64,000 nucleotides of DNA from Candidatus Calditenuis fumarioli (GTDB taxonomy: Archaea; Thermoproteota; Nitrososphaeria_A; Caldarchaeales; Calditenuaceae): NCBI GenBank assembly GCA_030059665.1, contig JANVYR010000002.1, positions 224,001 through 288,000 of the forward strand. The letters are read 5' to 3'. Positions 19,961-30,300 of the stretch are shown here, piece by piece. How positions within the stretch are numbered: the stretch's first letter is position 1; each line of letters starts with the position of its first letter. The position numbers were made by a program, and so were the translations under genes. The notes beneath the pieces are model-generated. The model was given only the letters and a program-made list of their open reading frames with translations, had not been told where the DNA came from and did not search any database.

Positions 19961-21028
19961 TCAAACTTCCGAGGGCGAGGGACTCTCGGGGAGGGCCGAG
20001 GAAGTCCAGCTCTCCATTACCCAGCTCTGCGGATAGCTCGAGAGGAAGCCCCTTCGCAGCAGCTCCTCCCACGACGTTAGGCCCAGAGCCACCATGACCT
20101 CTCCCGGCAGCAGCACCGGCACCCTGAACCTGTCCTGGTCCTCGACGCTCAGGCGCGGACAGGCCGTGTTCACCAACGCCTCGTACCTCCCCTCGAGGTC
20201 CTCTGCCCTCACCTCGTCCACCACCACCAGCTCCGCATCAAGCCCCCTCCCTCTCAGTAGGCCCACCAGCCACCGGGCCAGACCGAAGTACCTCTGGCCG
20301 GGCTTGACAGAGACCACGACGCCAACCCTCCTGCACGATCTGAACGCGAGGATCTGCGCGTACCTCTTCCTGAGCACCTTCTCGGCGGTCTCCCTCAGCG
20401 GCACAACCTTCTGAGAGTGGGGGTCGGCCGCGAAGACCTCCTTCCTCGAGATCAGCGCCAGCCCGAGCCCGTGGAAGACCGAGCCGAGGACCAGGTGCGC
20501 GTCCACCTCCCCGTCCAGCGAGGTCATCGTCGAGTAGTCGCATCCCAGCACCTGTCCGCTGTACCTCAGGTGGTTCGACGGCCTGCCGATCATGACAACA
20601 TGCCCTGCTCTCCTCAGGTCCTCCGCGAGCCGCCCGAGGAGATCGAGGTACTGGACCGTCGCTCCCAGCCCCACCCTCCGATAACCCTCAAGCGCTTTAA
20701 GCATCTCCGGCAGCAGGGAGGCCACCGGCTCATAATTCTGGTACCTGTGCTCCAAATAGAATACTGGAATGGACGGTGACCTGACGAACTCGGCGTGACC
20801 CACGTGAACGATCGCGTCGCATCCCAACTCAGCAGCCTCTCGGAGGGCGAGATCGCACCCTCCCCAGCACATCCCACCTGAGACGACCACCTCGACCCCC
20901 ATTTCGCCGAGGGCCCTCGCGGCCTCCCGTGCGACCTCCGTCAGACCGGGTGGGGCCTGCAGCAGAACCCTCCGCGGTGACCTCTCCCTGACCCAAGCCA
21001 ACAGCCTCTCCAGCTCGTCGGACGGCAT
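19961..21028 (-). CDS. dph2: Diphthamide biosynthesis enzyme Dph2
   Basis: LLQAPPGL, CWGGCDL, VHVGH, GQVLGCD, SVKPGQ, NTACPR. Confidence 0.95.
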   Translation of the reverse strand: MPSDELERLLAWVRERSPRRVLLQAPPGLTEVAREAARALGEMGVEVVVSGGMCWGGCDLALREAAELGCDAIVHVGHAEFVRSPSIPVFYLEHRYQNYEPVASLLPEMLKALEGYRRVGLGATVQYLDLLGRLAEDLRRAGHVVMIGRPSNHLRYSGQVLGCDYSTMTSLDGEVDAHLVLGSVFHGLGLALISRKEVFAADPHSQKVVPLRETAEKVLRKRYAQILAFRSCRRVGVVVSVKPGQRYFGLARWLVGLLRGRGLDAELVVVDEVRAEDLEGRYEALVNTACPRLSVEDQDRFRVPVLLPGEVMVALGLTSWEELLRRGFLSSYPQSWVMESWTSSALPESPSPSEV

Positions 21029-21250
21029 CCTTTCACCCTCGTCCTACGGTGCGCTCAGATAACCTCGGGTCGGTCACTGGCTCACCACTCGGCAATCTCA
21101 TCATCGCGCACTATTACCTCGCCGAGACGGGATTTCAAGGTGACGTCCGTTGGGGATCCCGCCTTCCAGTGCAGTTCGCGACGGCCGGGTCGGCGCTGGA
21201 CCGTGGGCACGTTATTTCTTTATGAGCTGCCGTGGTTTGTGGGAAACGGG

Positions 21251-23275
21251 TTGCCGACGCTGAAGGAGGTCCTGGGACCGCTGATCTCCGCGGCGAGGCA
21301 CGTCTTCATGAAGCCCTACACGATCAAGTACCCCTACGAGAAGGTCCCGGGGATGCTGCAGGAGAACTACCGCTACGACCCCAAGGCGGGCATCGCTTAC
21401 CCAGGGACGAAGGGCAGGCATCTGCTCAGGATGGACAAGTGCACCGGGTGCAGCCTCTGCGACATAGCCTGCCAGAACATCGCCGAGGCGATCACGATGG
21501 TCTACGCTTATGACGTCTTCCTAGACGTCCCTGAAGATGTCTTCAAGGAGTACGGCGACCCGTCCTCGCCCGTGACAGGGGTTGCGGCGGCGCTTGCGGA
21601 GGGCCTCGCGGAGGTGGCAGAGCTCGGAGAGGTCAAGTACGGGTTCTCTCATCCCGTGGTCCCGGTGCTCCCGGACCTGAAGACCGTGACGAAGCACGAC
21701 GGCTACAGCTCGATCAGGCTCGTCAGCGGTCCGGTCTGGGCGAGGGGCATCGACTACCTCGTCTACAACTACCTCGAGGGCGCCTTCGGGGCCCTCCAGC
21801 GTTCGGGATACACGGTCTCCCTCGTCGAGGACCAGTCGCCCGACAGGGTGGTTTACGAGGTTGCCAAGGACGTGAAGGCGGTCCGGATCAGGATCGAGAA
21901 GCGGAACATGAACATCCCCGTCAACAAGAAGTCCTACTTCCCCTCGGTCGATTACGGGAGGTGCGTTTTTTGCGGTTTCTGTGTCGATCCCATGACCCCC
22001 GTTATAGTGAATCCAGGGTTAAAGCCGATAGCGGAGATCGGAATAGGTGATAAGGTTTTGACTCATACCGGAGAATACAGACCTGTTACCAAGATATGGG
22101 AATTGAGCTACACTGGATATCTCTACAAGATCGAGGTCTATGGTCATCCGGACCCGTTGATATGCACTGCAGACCATCCGATACTCGCCGTATGTAGACC
22201 GTTTTCGTCGAGAAAAGACAGAAGGTTGCTGCGTGTTAAAGAACCACTCGGGTTCGTTCTACCAGACCAATTGAAGCGCGGTGACTATGTCGTCCTGCCA
22301 ATTCCAAAGAAGGTCGTGGAATCGCCCCTCTATACTCAACCTGTAAGGCTTTACAGAAACGGTCGGGTTGAGGAAGTACTCAAGCTTCCCAACGAACCCG
22401 ATCTGTACAGACTGATAGGATACTACCTAGCTGAGGGATTTTGCGATGGCGATAGGGAGGTGAACTTTACGTTCGGGGCATACGAAACCGAAGTTATAGA
22501 GGATTGCAAAGCACTCATTTCGAGATACTTCAATAAACAGGTGAAAGAGGAGAAGAACACCGGAAGAGGGATCAGACTAGCTTTGCATAGTGTGAGGGCG
22601 TTCCATTTCTTCAAACAGTTCGGACAGGGCGCTCATAATAAGAGAATCCCCGATTGGGTGTTTTTCGCGGACTTCAGCAAACAGGTCCAGCTAGTCAAAG
22701 GGCTCTGGCTCGGTGACGGCTGCTTAGTCAACCAGCCGCGTCAACGATATTTAAATATTACAACCACATCAAAAACGCTTGCTTACCAGACGCAGCTGGT
22801 CTTGGCAAGATTAGGCGTAGTGGGAGTCGTTGAGCGTCAAAATTGCGCGGGCAAGAAAACCGTTTATAGGGTCAACGTTTTCGGCAAATATGCCCTCGAG
22901 CTCGCTAACAAGATGGGCATAGACATGGTATATGCTCCGACGAAATTCGTCGATAAGTTCCAAATAACAGAGAACTACGTTTACTATCCGATACGAAGCA
23001 TTGATCGGCAATTCGTCGCGAATTACAAGGTGATGGATGTGACTGTGGCGGACGATCACACGTTCGTTCCTGCAGGAGTGACCACCTCCAACTGCGTGGA
23101 CGCCTGTCCCTTCTACGCCCTCGAGATGACTCCAGACTTCGAGCTCTCATCGCTTTCAAGGCAGGGCCTGGTTTACTTCCCTACGGCCCTCGCGGCGCCC
23201 AAGTTCTCCTCTCCTCCCCCCTCGATCAACCCGATAGACGCGATCATGGGCTGGCTGAGGCGCAAGCTCCTCTGA
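21251..23275 (+). CDS. nuoI: NADH-quinone oxidoreductase subunit I-like 2x[4Fe-4S] protein, intein-containing precursor
   Basis: KPYTIKYP..KGRH..CTGCSLCDIAC...EAI..V, NKKS..P.VDYGRCVFCGF[intein]CVDACPFYALEMTPDFELSS, matching Nitrososphaeria-type NuoI; TTG start inferred. Confidence 0.88.
   Translation: MPTLKEVLGPLISAARHVFMKPYTIKYPYEKVPGMLQENYRYDPKAGIAYPGTKGRHLLRMDKCTGCSLCDIACQNIAEAITMVYAYDVFLDVPEDVFKEYGDPSSPVTGVAAALAEGLAEVAELGEVKYGFSHPVVPVLPDLKTVTKHDGYSSIRLVSGPVWARGIDYLVYNYLEGAFGALQRSGYTVSLVEDQSPDRVVYEVAKDVKAVRIRIEKRNMNIPVNKKSYFPSVDYGRCVFCGFCVDPMTPVIVNPGLKPIAEIGIGDKVLTHTGEYRPVTKIWELSYTGYLYKIEVYGHPDPLICTADHPILAVCRPFSSRKDRRLLRVKEPLGFVLPDQLKRGDYVVLPIPKKVVESPLYTQPVRLYRNGRVEEVLKLPNEPDLYRLIGYYLAEGFCDGDREVNFTFGAYETEVIEDCKALISRYFNKQVKEEKNTGRGIRLALHSVRAFHFFKQFGQGAHNKRIPDWVFFADFSKQVQLVKGLWLGDGCLVNQPRQRYLNITTTSKTLAYQTQLVLARLGVVGVVERQNCAGKKTVYRVNVFGKYALELANKMGIDMVYAPTKFVDKFQITENYVYYPIRSIDRQFVANYKVMDVTVADDHTFVPAGVTTSNCVDACPFYALEMTPDFELSSLSRQGLVYFPTALAAPKFSSPPPSINPIDAIMGWLRRKLL
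21980..23092 (+). mobile_element. Intein with LAGLIDADG homing endonuclease (371 aa)
   Basis: Starts CVDPMTPV..IAEIGIGDKVLTH; block B CTADH; LAGLIDADG motifs LIGYYLAEG and LVKGLWLGDG; ends VMDVTVADDHTFVPAGVTTSN followed by Cys+1; AT-richer than host gene. Confidence 0.95.
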
Positions 23276-23279
23276 AGGT

Positions 23280-24131
23280 TTGAGGGCCTTCAACCCCTTC
23301 GTCGGCTGGGTCGAGTTCAAGGACCTTCCTGATCGCATAGTCTCGCTCAACCCCTCCATCACGGAGACGCTCTTCGAGCTCGGCGCAGGCGACAGGGTCG
23401 TCGGTGTATCCAGCTGGTGCCACAGGCCGAGGGAGGCGCTGAGCAGGCCTAAGGTCGGTAGCTACACGCACCTCCTCGAGGAGAAGCTGATCTCCCTGAA
23501 GCCCGATGTCGTCTTCACGACGACCGGTGCGCAGCGCGGCGTCCTCGAGCGCCTCGTCCAGCTCGGCATACCCACCTATCCAATTCCCTATCCGAGGGAC
23601 CTCTACGCGATACTCTCGATGGTCTCGGAGGTCGGAGGGCTCATCGGCGAGAAGGAGTCGGCGCTCAAGCTGTGCTCTGAGCTCTTCGCAGAGCTCAACA
23701 GGCTCCGTTCGCTCGCGAGGGACGACGTGATGCCGGACGTTTACGTGGAGATCGACCTGGGAGGCCCCACCATACCCGGTTACTTCAACCACATAACCCA
23801 CGCGCTACACCTCGCAGGCCTCAGGAACGCCTTCGGAGACCGCGGGGTCGACTACCTGTACGGAATGGAGGTGAAGGGGTATGAGGTGCTGGACGTGGTG
23901 AGCGGGCTGAGGGAGAAGGACCCCGACGTCATCGTCTTCGAGTCGAAGAGCTTCCATCCGAGGGAGAGCGAGGGCCTTGAGGTGATGGTCTCGAGGGGCC
24001 TCTCGGACCTGAGGGCGGTTAGGGAGGGAAGGGTCCTGACGGTGCCAGCCGACACGCTGGCGCATTACGGGCCTTCCTTTGTGAGGGAAGTGAGGAAGGT
24101 TTTGGAGAGGGTCTGGAGTCTCATCTCTTAA
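23280..24131 (+). CDS. ABC-type cobalamin/Fe-siderophore substrate-binding protein (helical backbone)
   Basis: RIVSLNPSITETLFELG..VVGVS, LKPDVV, DPDVI. Confidence 0.88.
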   Translation: MRAFNPFVGWVEFKDLPDRIVSLNPSITETLFELGAGDRVVGVSSWCHRPREALSRPKVGSYTHLLEEKLISLKPDVVFTTTGAQRGVLERLVQLGIPTYPIPYPRDLYAILSMVSEVGGLIGEKESALKLCSELFAELNRLRSLARDDVMPDVYVEIDLGGPTIPGYFNHITHALHLAGLRNAFGDRGVDYLYGMEVKGYEVLDVVSGLREKDPDVIVFESKSFHPRESEGLEVMVSRGLSDLRAVREGRVLTVPADTLAHYGPSFVREVRKVLERVWSLIS

Positions 24132-24510
24132 CGGTTCACAGCCTTTGGGTGAAGCGCTTCACCGATCATCCCGGGGTTGAGAACGGTGAAGGGCGAAACG
24201 TTGATAGTTGAGCGGTTCTGAGACCGGGGATCTCCATATCAATTATTCACCCACTCTTCACACCCCTACGCTTCCTGTGGAGGAAGTGGAGCCTTCCAAT
24301 CGATCCACCGGAAACAGAGGGGTCCTGTGACCGCTTTCACGGGCTTCACGGGTGTGAAGCGAAGTGAAACGACCCGCACCCCTCGTTTTCCTCTGGAGAC
24401 CTGATCTTCACTGGTTTTCCGGGCCCTTCGAGTTGTTAAGAGTTAAGTTATAGTTGCGAAATTCGATTCGTTTGACCTACTCCTGAGGGCCTGTCAGAGG
24501 TATTCACTGC
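24132..24510. other. Predicted replication origin (oriC) with three ORB elements
   Basis: TCCACCGGAAACAGAGGGGT (24304-24323, +), TCCACAGGAAGCGTAGGGGT (24262-24281, -), TCCAGAGGAAAACGAGGGGT (24378-24397, -) match the TCCA..GGAAA...GGGG ORB consensus; intergenic and directly upstream of cdc6. Confidence 0.85.
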
Positions 24511-24576
24511 ATAGTGACTTCGTCCGTTCGAACGGTTGCTAACTTATCTGCTGCAGTGGAAGCAGGACACGCGGAC

Positions 24577-25836
24577 ATGGAGGAGCTCCAGCGGAAGACG
24601 GGGGGTGAGGAGGACCCTCTGACCGACCTGATCCGGAGGAGCCTAAACAGATCGTCCGTCTTCAAGAACAGGGACGTCCTCAGGGCGGACTACATACCCG
24701 GGAACCTGCCGCACAGGTGGGAGCACGTCAGGAGGCTGGGAGAGATCTTGGCGCCGAGCCTTAGGGGCACGAGACCCAGCAACGTCTTCATCTACGGCAA
24801 GACCGGCACGGGTAAGACCGCGGTCGTCAAGCACGTCTTCAAGCGGTTCGAGGAGGAGGCGATGCGGATGAACCTGCCTCTGAAGTTCGTCTATGTCAAC
24901 TGCAGGGTAGCAGGGACGGAGTACAGGGTTCTCTCGGAGCTCTGCGCGTCGCTGGGCGTCAAGGTCCCCTTCACCGGCCTCTCGAAGGCTGAGGTGATGA
25001 ACCGGTTCAGGAACGCCCTCCACAGGTCAGAGGTCCTCATGGTCACGTGCCTCGACGAGATAGACCACCTGGTGAAGTCCAGCGGCGACGAGTCCCTCTA
25101 CCAGCTCACGAGGATCAACGAGGGCTCCCAGGGAGGGCAGATGTCGATCGTCGGCGTCTCAAATGACCTGATGTTCAAGGAGATGCTGGATCCGAGGGTC
25201 CTGAGCAGCCTCAGCGAGGAGGAGATTGTCTTCCACCCCTACACCGCGGTCGAGCTGGTCGACATCCTCAGCGAGCGGGCCAAGGTGGCCTTCCACGAGG
25301 GTGCGGTCTCGGACGGCGTGATACAGCTCTGCGCTGCGCTCGCTGCGGCGGAGCACGGTGATGCCAGGAGGGCCCTCGACCTCTTGAGGGTGGCGGCGGA
25401 GCTGGCTGAGAGGGAGGGCTCTGACAAGGTCGAGGAGAGGCACGTGAGGGCGGCCTTCGGCGTCATCGAGCAGGGAAGGATCTACGAGGCCCTGTCGACG
25501 TTGCCACTGCACGGCAGGATCGTTCTGCTCGCGGTCTACCAGTGCGTGAGGGCGGGCATCCAGAAGGTCACGACCGGCATCGTCTACAACCAGTACAGGA
25601 ACATATGCTCCGCCCTCGGAGTCGAGCCCTTGACCGACAGGAGGGTGAGCTCCATCATCTCTGAGCTGAGCATGCTCGGCGTCCTCAGCAGCGACGTGGT
25701 GAGCTACGGCCGTTACGGCAGGACCAGGAGGATAGCGCTGAACGTCCCACTGGACGAGCTGGAGAACGTCTTCGTGAACGACGAGGCCCTCTCGAACCTG
25801 CTGGAGCTGCCCGTGAGCGAACTGAAGGGCGCTTGA
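24577..25836 (+). CDS. cdc6: Orc1/Cdc6 replication initiator
   Basis: LRADYIP..LPHR, IYGKTGTGKT, LDEID, HGDARRAL, C-terminal winged helix GRYGRT. Confidence 0.97.
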   Translation: MEELQRKTGGEEDPLTDLIRRSLNRSSVFKNRDVLRADYIPGNLPHRWEHVRRLGEILAPSLRGTRPSNVFIYGKTGTGKTAVVKHVFKRFEEEAMRMNLPLKFVYVNCRVAGTEYRVLSELCASLGVKVPFTGLSKAEVMNRFRNALHRSEVLMVTCLDEIDHLVKSSGDESLYQLTRINEGSQGGQMSIVGVSNDLMFKEMLDPRVLSSLSEEEIVFHPYTAVELVDILSERAKVAFHEGAVSDGVIQLCAALAAAEHGDARRALDLLRVAAELAEREGSDKVEERHVRAAFGVIEQGRIYEALSTLPLHGRIVLLAVYQCVRAGIQKVTTGIVYNQYRNICSALGVEPLTDRRVSSIISELSMLGVLSSDVVSYGRYGRTRRIALNVPLDELENVFVNDEALSNLLELPVSELKGA

Positions 25837-27299
25837 GCTCACACCTCTCCACCAAGTCCAGGATAGCCCGGAGGATCCTCAGCTCAGGGTACCAGGTGAC
25901 GCCGGACGCGCTGGACCGGCTGACCGCTCTCGGCGAGGAGCTGGCTGCGGAGCTCGTGAAGTGGCTCTCGTCGCGGGCGGTGAGGGGGTCTGTTGTGGAC
26001 GCGTCGGTCATCGAGCGCTTCCTCGGCGAGCGGTCACAGCGGAGTATCCCTCACGAGGAGGAGGCAGTCGCAGGGCACGATGGTGTTGCAACCGAGGAGC
26101 TCAACTTGACGGTTCTGAAGCCGACCTACGAGGAGATCAGGATGGAGGGGAAGGCGGAGGAGTTCACGGTCTACCGGGTCACGAGGTTCGGGGCCCTCTG
26201 GAGGATAACGTCCCAGAGGGGGCTGCCGCTGAGGTCGCTGAGGGAGATCCTCGAGTCGGGCGACGAGGGATATGCGGTCTGCGAGGTCAGGGAGGTCTCC
26301 AAGGGCGACGGCTACTACAGGCTCCGGCTTGAGGACCCCAACGGGATCTGGACCGCCGTAGCTTCCGCCAGGGACAGGTCGCTCTCCGAGAAGGTCGAGG
26401 GCCTCTGCAGCGACATGGTGGTCGCGGTGAGGGTCGCAGCGAAAGGTGGGAGGCTGGTGGTGAAAGACGTCATGCTGCCGGACCTCCCCCAATCGGAGAG
26501 GCCCTTCAAAGGCCCGGACGTCAGGGTCTGCGTAATCTCCGACGTCCACGTGGGCAGCTCCCGGTTCAACAGGAGGGCCTTCGAGGACTTCCTCAGCTGG
26601 CTCTCGTCGGAGCACGAGGACCTGAACGTGAGGCTGCTGCTGATCAACGGCGACCTCGTCGACGGCGTCTTCGTCTACCCGGGCCAGAGGGAGGAGCTGG
26701 AGATCAGGACGCTGAGGGACCAGTTCGCCGAGGCGGGGAGGCTTCTGGCGAGGGTGCCGAGGCGGGTGGAGATCGCGTACGTCCCCGGGAACCACGAGCC
26801 GGTGAGGAGGGCGCTGCCGCAGCCGCCGGTCCACGCGGACCACAGGAGACTCCTCGACCCAGAGGGGAGGATCCTCTTCCTGGGAAACCCGGCGCTGATC
26901 GAGGTCGGAGGCGCGAGGGTCCTGCTCTTCCACGGCCAGACGATGGACGACGTGATCCAGTCGAGCATGAGGTTCTCGTACAGCGACCTCCGGAGGACGG
27001 CCGGCGAGGTGATGGAGGTCCTTCTAAGGTCGAGGCACCTGGCTCCCTCGATGGAGGTCACACCGGTGATACCCTGGAGGGAGGACCACCTTCTGCTGGA
27101 GGAGGTCCCGCACGTGCTCGCAACTGGACACATCCACGTCGCGGCCTTCAGGGTCTACAGGGGCGCGAGGCTCGTGAACTCGGGGACCTTCCAGGACCAG
27201 ACCAAACTCCAGAAGGGCGTTGGGCTCGAGCCGACGGTGGGGACGGTGGCGGTGCTGGACCTGAGGGACCTCTCGGTGAGGTTCGAGCGGTTCGCGTGA
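25833..27299 (+). CDS. polD1: DNA polymerase D small (proofreading) subunit DP1
   Basis: ISDVHVGS, NGDLVDGVFVYPGQ, PGNHE, FHGQTMDD, SRHLAP, GHIH, NSGTFQ. Confidence 0.95.
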   Translation: MSSHLSTKSRIARRILSSGYQVTPDALDRLTALGEELAAELVKWLSSRAVRGSVVDASVIERFLGERSQRSIPHEEEAVAGHDGVATEELNLTVLKPTYEEIRMEGKAEEFTVYRVTRFGALWRITSQRGLPLRSLREILESGDEGYAVCEVREVSKGDGYYRLRLEDPNGIWTAVASARDRSLSEKVEGLCSDMVVAVRVAAKGGRLVVKDVMLPDLPQSERPFKGPDVRVCVISDVHVGSSRFNRRAFEDFLSWLSSEHEDLNVRLLLINGDLVDGVFVYPGQREELEIRTLRDQFAEAGRLLARVPRRVEIAYVPGNHEPVRRALPQPPVHADHRRLLDPEGRILFLGNPALIEVGGARVLLFHGQTMDDVIQSSMRFSYSDLRRTAGEVMEVLLRSRHLAPSMEVTPVIPWREDHLLLEEVPHVLATGHIHVAAFRVYRGARLVNSGTFQDQTKLQKGVGLEPTVGTVAVLDLRDLSVRFERFA

Positions 27300-27300
27300 C

Positions 27301-30300
27301 TCAGAAGAAGCTGCTCAGGCTCGTCTGCCTCCCCTTGCCTCCACTCGCGGAGGGTTCTGTGCCGAAGAGCTGGCCGATGTTCAGGAGGGCCTCGTGCGTC
27401 GCCTCCCTGATCACCGGGTCCCTGACGTACCTCTCCAGAAGCCTCAGCACCAGCTCCACGTTCTTCTCCACCATTCCCCTGTAGACCGTCAGGTGGACGG
27501 GTTCTCCGCAGACCACGCACCTCCCCTTCAGCGGCGGCCTCTTGTACTTCGCGTTGCAGCGCCTGCAGACGAAGCCCTGCATGAAGAAGGCCCTGAGGTT
27601 TCCGACCACGTCGGGCAGCAGGTGAGACTCCATCACCCTCTCCGCAACCACCACCGGGTCCACCGCGCTCACCCTCTCGGCGGTCCTCATCTGGGCCTCG
27701 ATCTTCTCGACCAGCGTCCCGAGCCTCCGGTAAGAGGTGGAGGTGACCTCGTGGGTGAGGGAGAAGGCTGGGACCGTGAAGCCGTAGCCCCTGAGGGCGC
27801 CGGGCGTCCCGAGCCTGTCGGCCACCAGCTCGATCCTGCCCTGGAGGGCCTGGGCCTTCTCGCCCCTCGAGGCGGCCTGATAGAACTCCAGGGGGTACCG
27901 GAAAGAGACGTCGACGTTGTGCGACTGCTCGTCCACCTCCTCGGCCCTCAGCACCACCGTGATGAGGAAGGGCGTGTCCATCAGCCCACCCGTCCGGTCG
28001 GGGAGGTAGAGCGTGCTGAAGTTGATCAGCGGGTCCAGCAGCAGCATGAAGCTGTCCTCATCGCCGTCGCAGTCCCTCCTCTTCGCCGCGTGGAGCAGCG
28101 GGTGTGCGTAGGCAACGTCCGCTCTGATCACGCCTATCACCCTGCAGACGACCGCGCCGTAGGTGTGGGGCGAGAGCGCCGCGAGTAGGGCCCCTATGCA
28201 GTCCTCCGGCCCCCTCCACCGGTAGAAGGGCTCGAACCCCTTGAGCTCGAGGTACCTGTCGATGAACCTGGAGACGCGGAAGAGATGCTCGGCCAGGCTG
28301 ATCGGTATGATCACGTCCTGCGGCAGGAGCTCGCAGATCTGGTCATCCGAGACGAGCGGATCGCCCCTGTGGTCGGTCCTGTAGCCGAGCCTCCTCAGGG
28401 TCTCGAGGTCGGTCCCTATCTCTCGCGGCCTGAAGTGGGTGAGCGGCGCGTTGGTCACGTCGAACCTGACGGTTCCGTCCTTGTACACGTACAGCCCGAG
28501 CGAGGCCCTCAGGACGCCCTTCACCAGCTCCTCGGGGACCTTGTGTCTGCTCGTGAGGGACCTGACGCCCTTCACCTCCTCGACCTCGACCCTCACCTTT
28601 CCGAGGACCTCCTCGAGCTCGGACCTGAAGTCGACGACGAACTTCGAGCTGAGCGAGAGGCGCGACCCGCACGAGGGACAGGACGTCGACTGGGGCTCGA
28701 CGAACTCGGAGCCGCAGGCGCTGCAGAACCCGGCCAGCGCGGTGGAGCCACCGCAGGACTCGCACCTCTCCCTCCAAGTCCTCGATCCGCAGTCGATGCA
28801 GACCCTGACGTTCAGCTCCACTGGCCCCTTCCCCGCCCTCGCAGCGGCGACGATCGACCTCCTCATCCCTCCGAGCAGGCCCACCGGGAAGAGGACGTGC
28901 GCGGGAGGCTTCATCCTCCTCTGGTTCGCCTTCTCAGGCCTCCCCATCCTCACGCCGAGGACGGTGCCCATGCGGGGCCTGTAGGGCAGACCCGAGAGGG
29001 CAGCCAAAGCGTCGGCCACGCTCTTCTCCGAGACGTCGACGGGGCTGAACGGCCTGAAGAGGAAGATCAGCGCCTTGATCCATCCGGGCTCGAGGACGAG
29101 ACGACCGTCCCTGACCCTGTGCGGCACCAACATCGCCTCCAGCGCCCTCTTGACCTCGGGATCGTTGGGAAGGGCCCTGTACGACCTGATGTTGCTCCGG
29201 AGCCACCTCCTGATCGATTCGACCTCCTTGCCCGTGGACCTGTCCCAGAACGGCATGTACCTCGGGTGGAGGGGGACGCGCGTTCTGGCCGAGATCCTGC
29301 AGGCCACCTCGACCGGTGGGACGTTCCTGAAGGGGTCCTGGTCGGCGAGCCTGACCCACTCGAGCTCGTCGGGGCGCAACACCTCTCCCAGCTCCCGGAG
29401 GGCGGCCTTCACCTCCTCCACCCACCACTCCTCGCAGTAGCCGGGAGGCTTCAGCTGGACGTTGTTCTCGACGCAGTCGCCGAAGCTGACGAGCAGGTCC
29501 CCCACGAAGAGGACCTTTGTCCCGAACCTGAGGGCCTCCTCCAGCCTCGACGGCGAGTCGACCCTGATCACCGAGTCGTCCTCAAGCTTCACCACCGGCG
29601 GCTCGATGCAGTCCACCGGAACCGCGACCCCTCCCTTTCCCGGGTAGTCGAGCTTCAGCTGGGTGCCGACGACGACGAAGTCCTCGAGGACCCTCATCGT
29701 GTAGGGGTGAACGCCAACCGCCGACATCGACGTGTGGGGCGCCCTGCCGTACCGGAGCCTGAAGCCGCCGAAGGAATCGGCCATCGAGAAGACGGGCCTG
29801 CCGACGATGACCTCCTTCAGCACCGAGGAACCGCCCTTGGTCGAATCCCTCATCATCCTGGCCACCTCCTCGAGCCACTCCCACCCCTCGAGGCCCACCA
29901 TCTGGACCAGCTTCAGCACCTTCTTGGCCCTGCCGGCGACGCCGTCGTTCACCACCCTCAGCGCCCCTCCCCTGACGTAGGGGGTCTCCACCCTCGGAAC
30001 CTCCCTGAAGGACGGGACTGGGACTGGATCCGTCGGAACCCCCGTGATCTCTATCGGGATCCGCCTCACCACGAATTCAAGGACCTCGTCGGAGACGTTG
30101 TACTGGAAGCGACCGACCTTCCTGCGATACGTCCGGGCCTCCTCGATGAACCTCATGACCTCCTCATCGGTCGGCCTGTACCGGTCGAGCCCCAGCAGGT
30201 TCCTGACGTAGTCCGCCAGCACAACGGAGCCTGCGACCTCGGTCCCTCCCGCGGACCTGATGGGGTTGGCGTAGTAGATGGCGAGGTACCTGGTGCCGGT

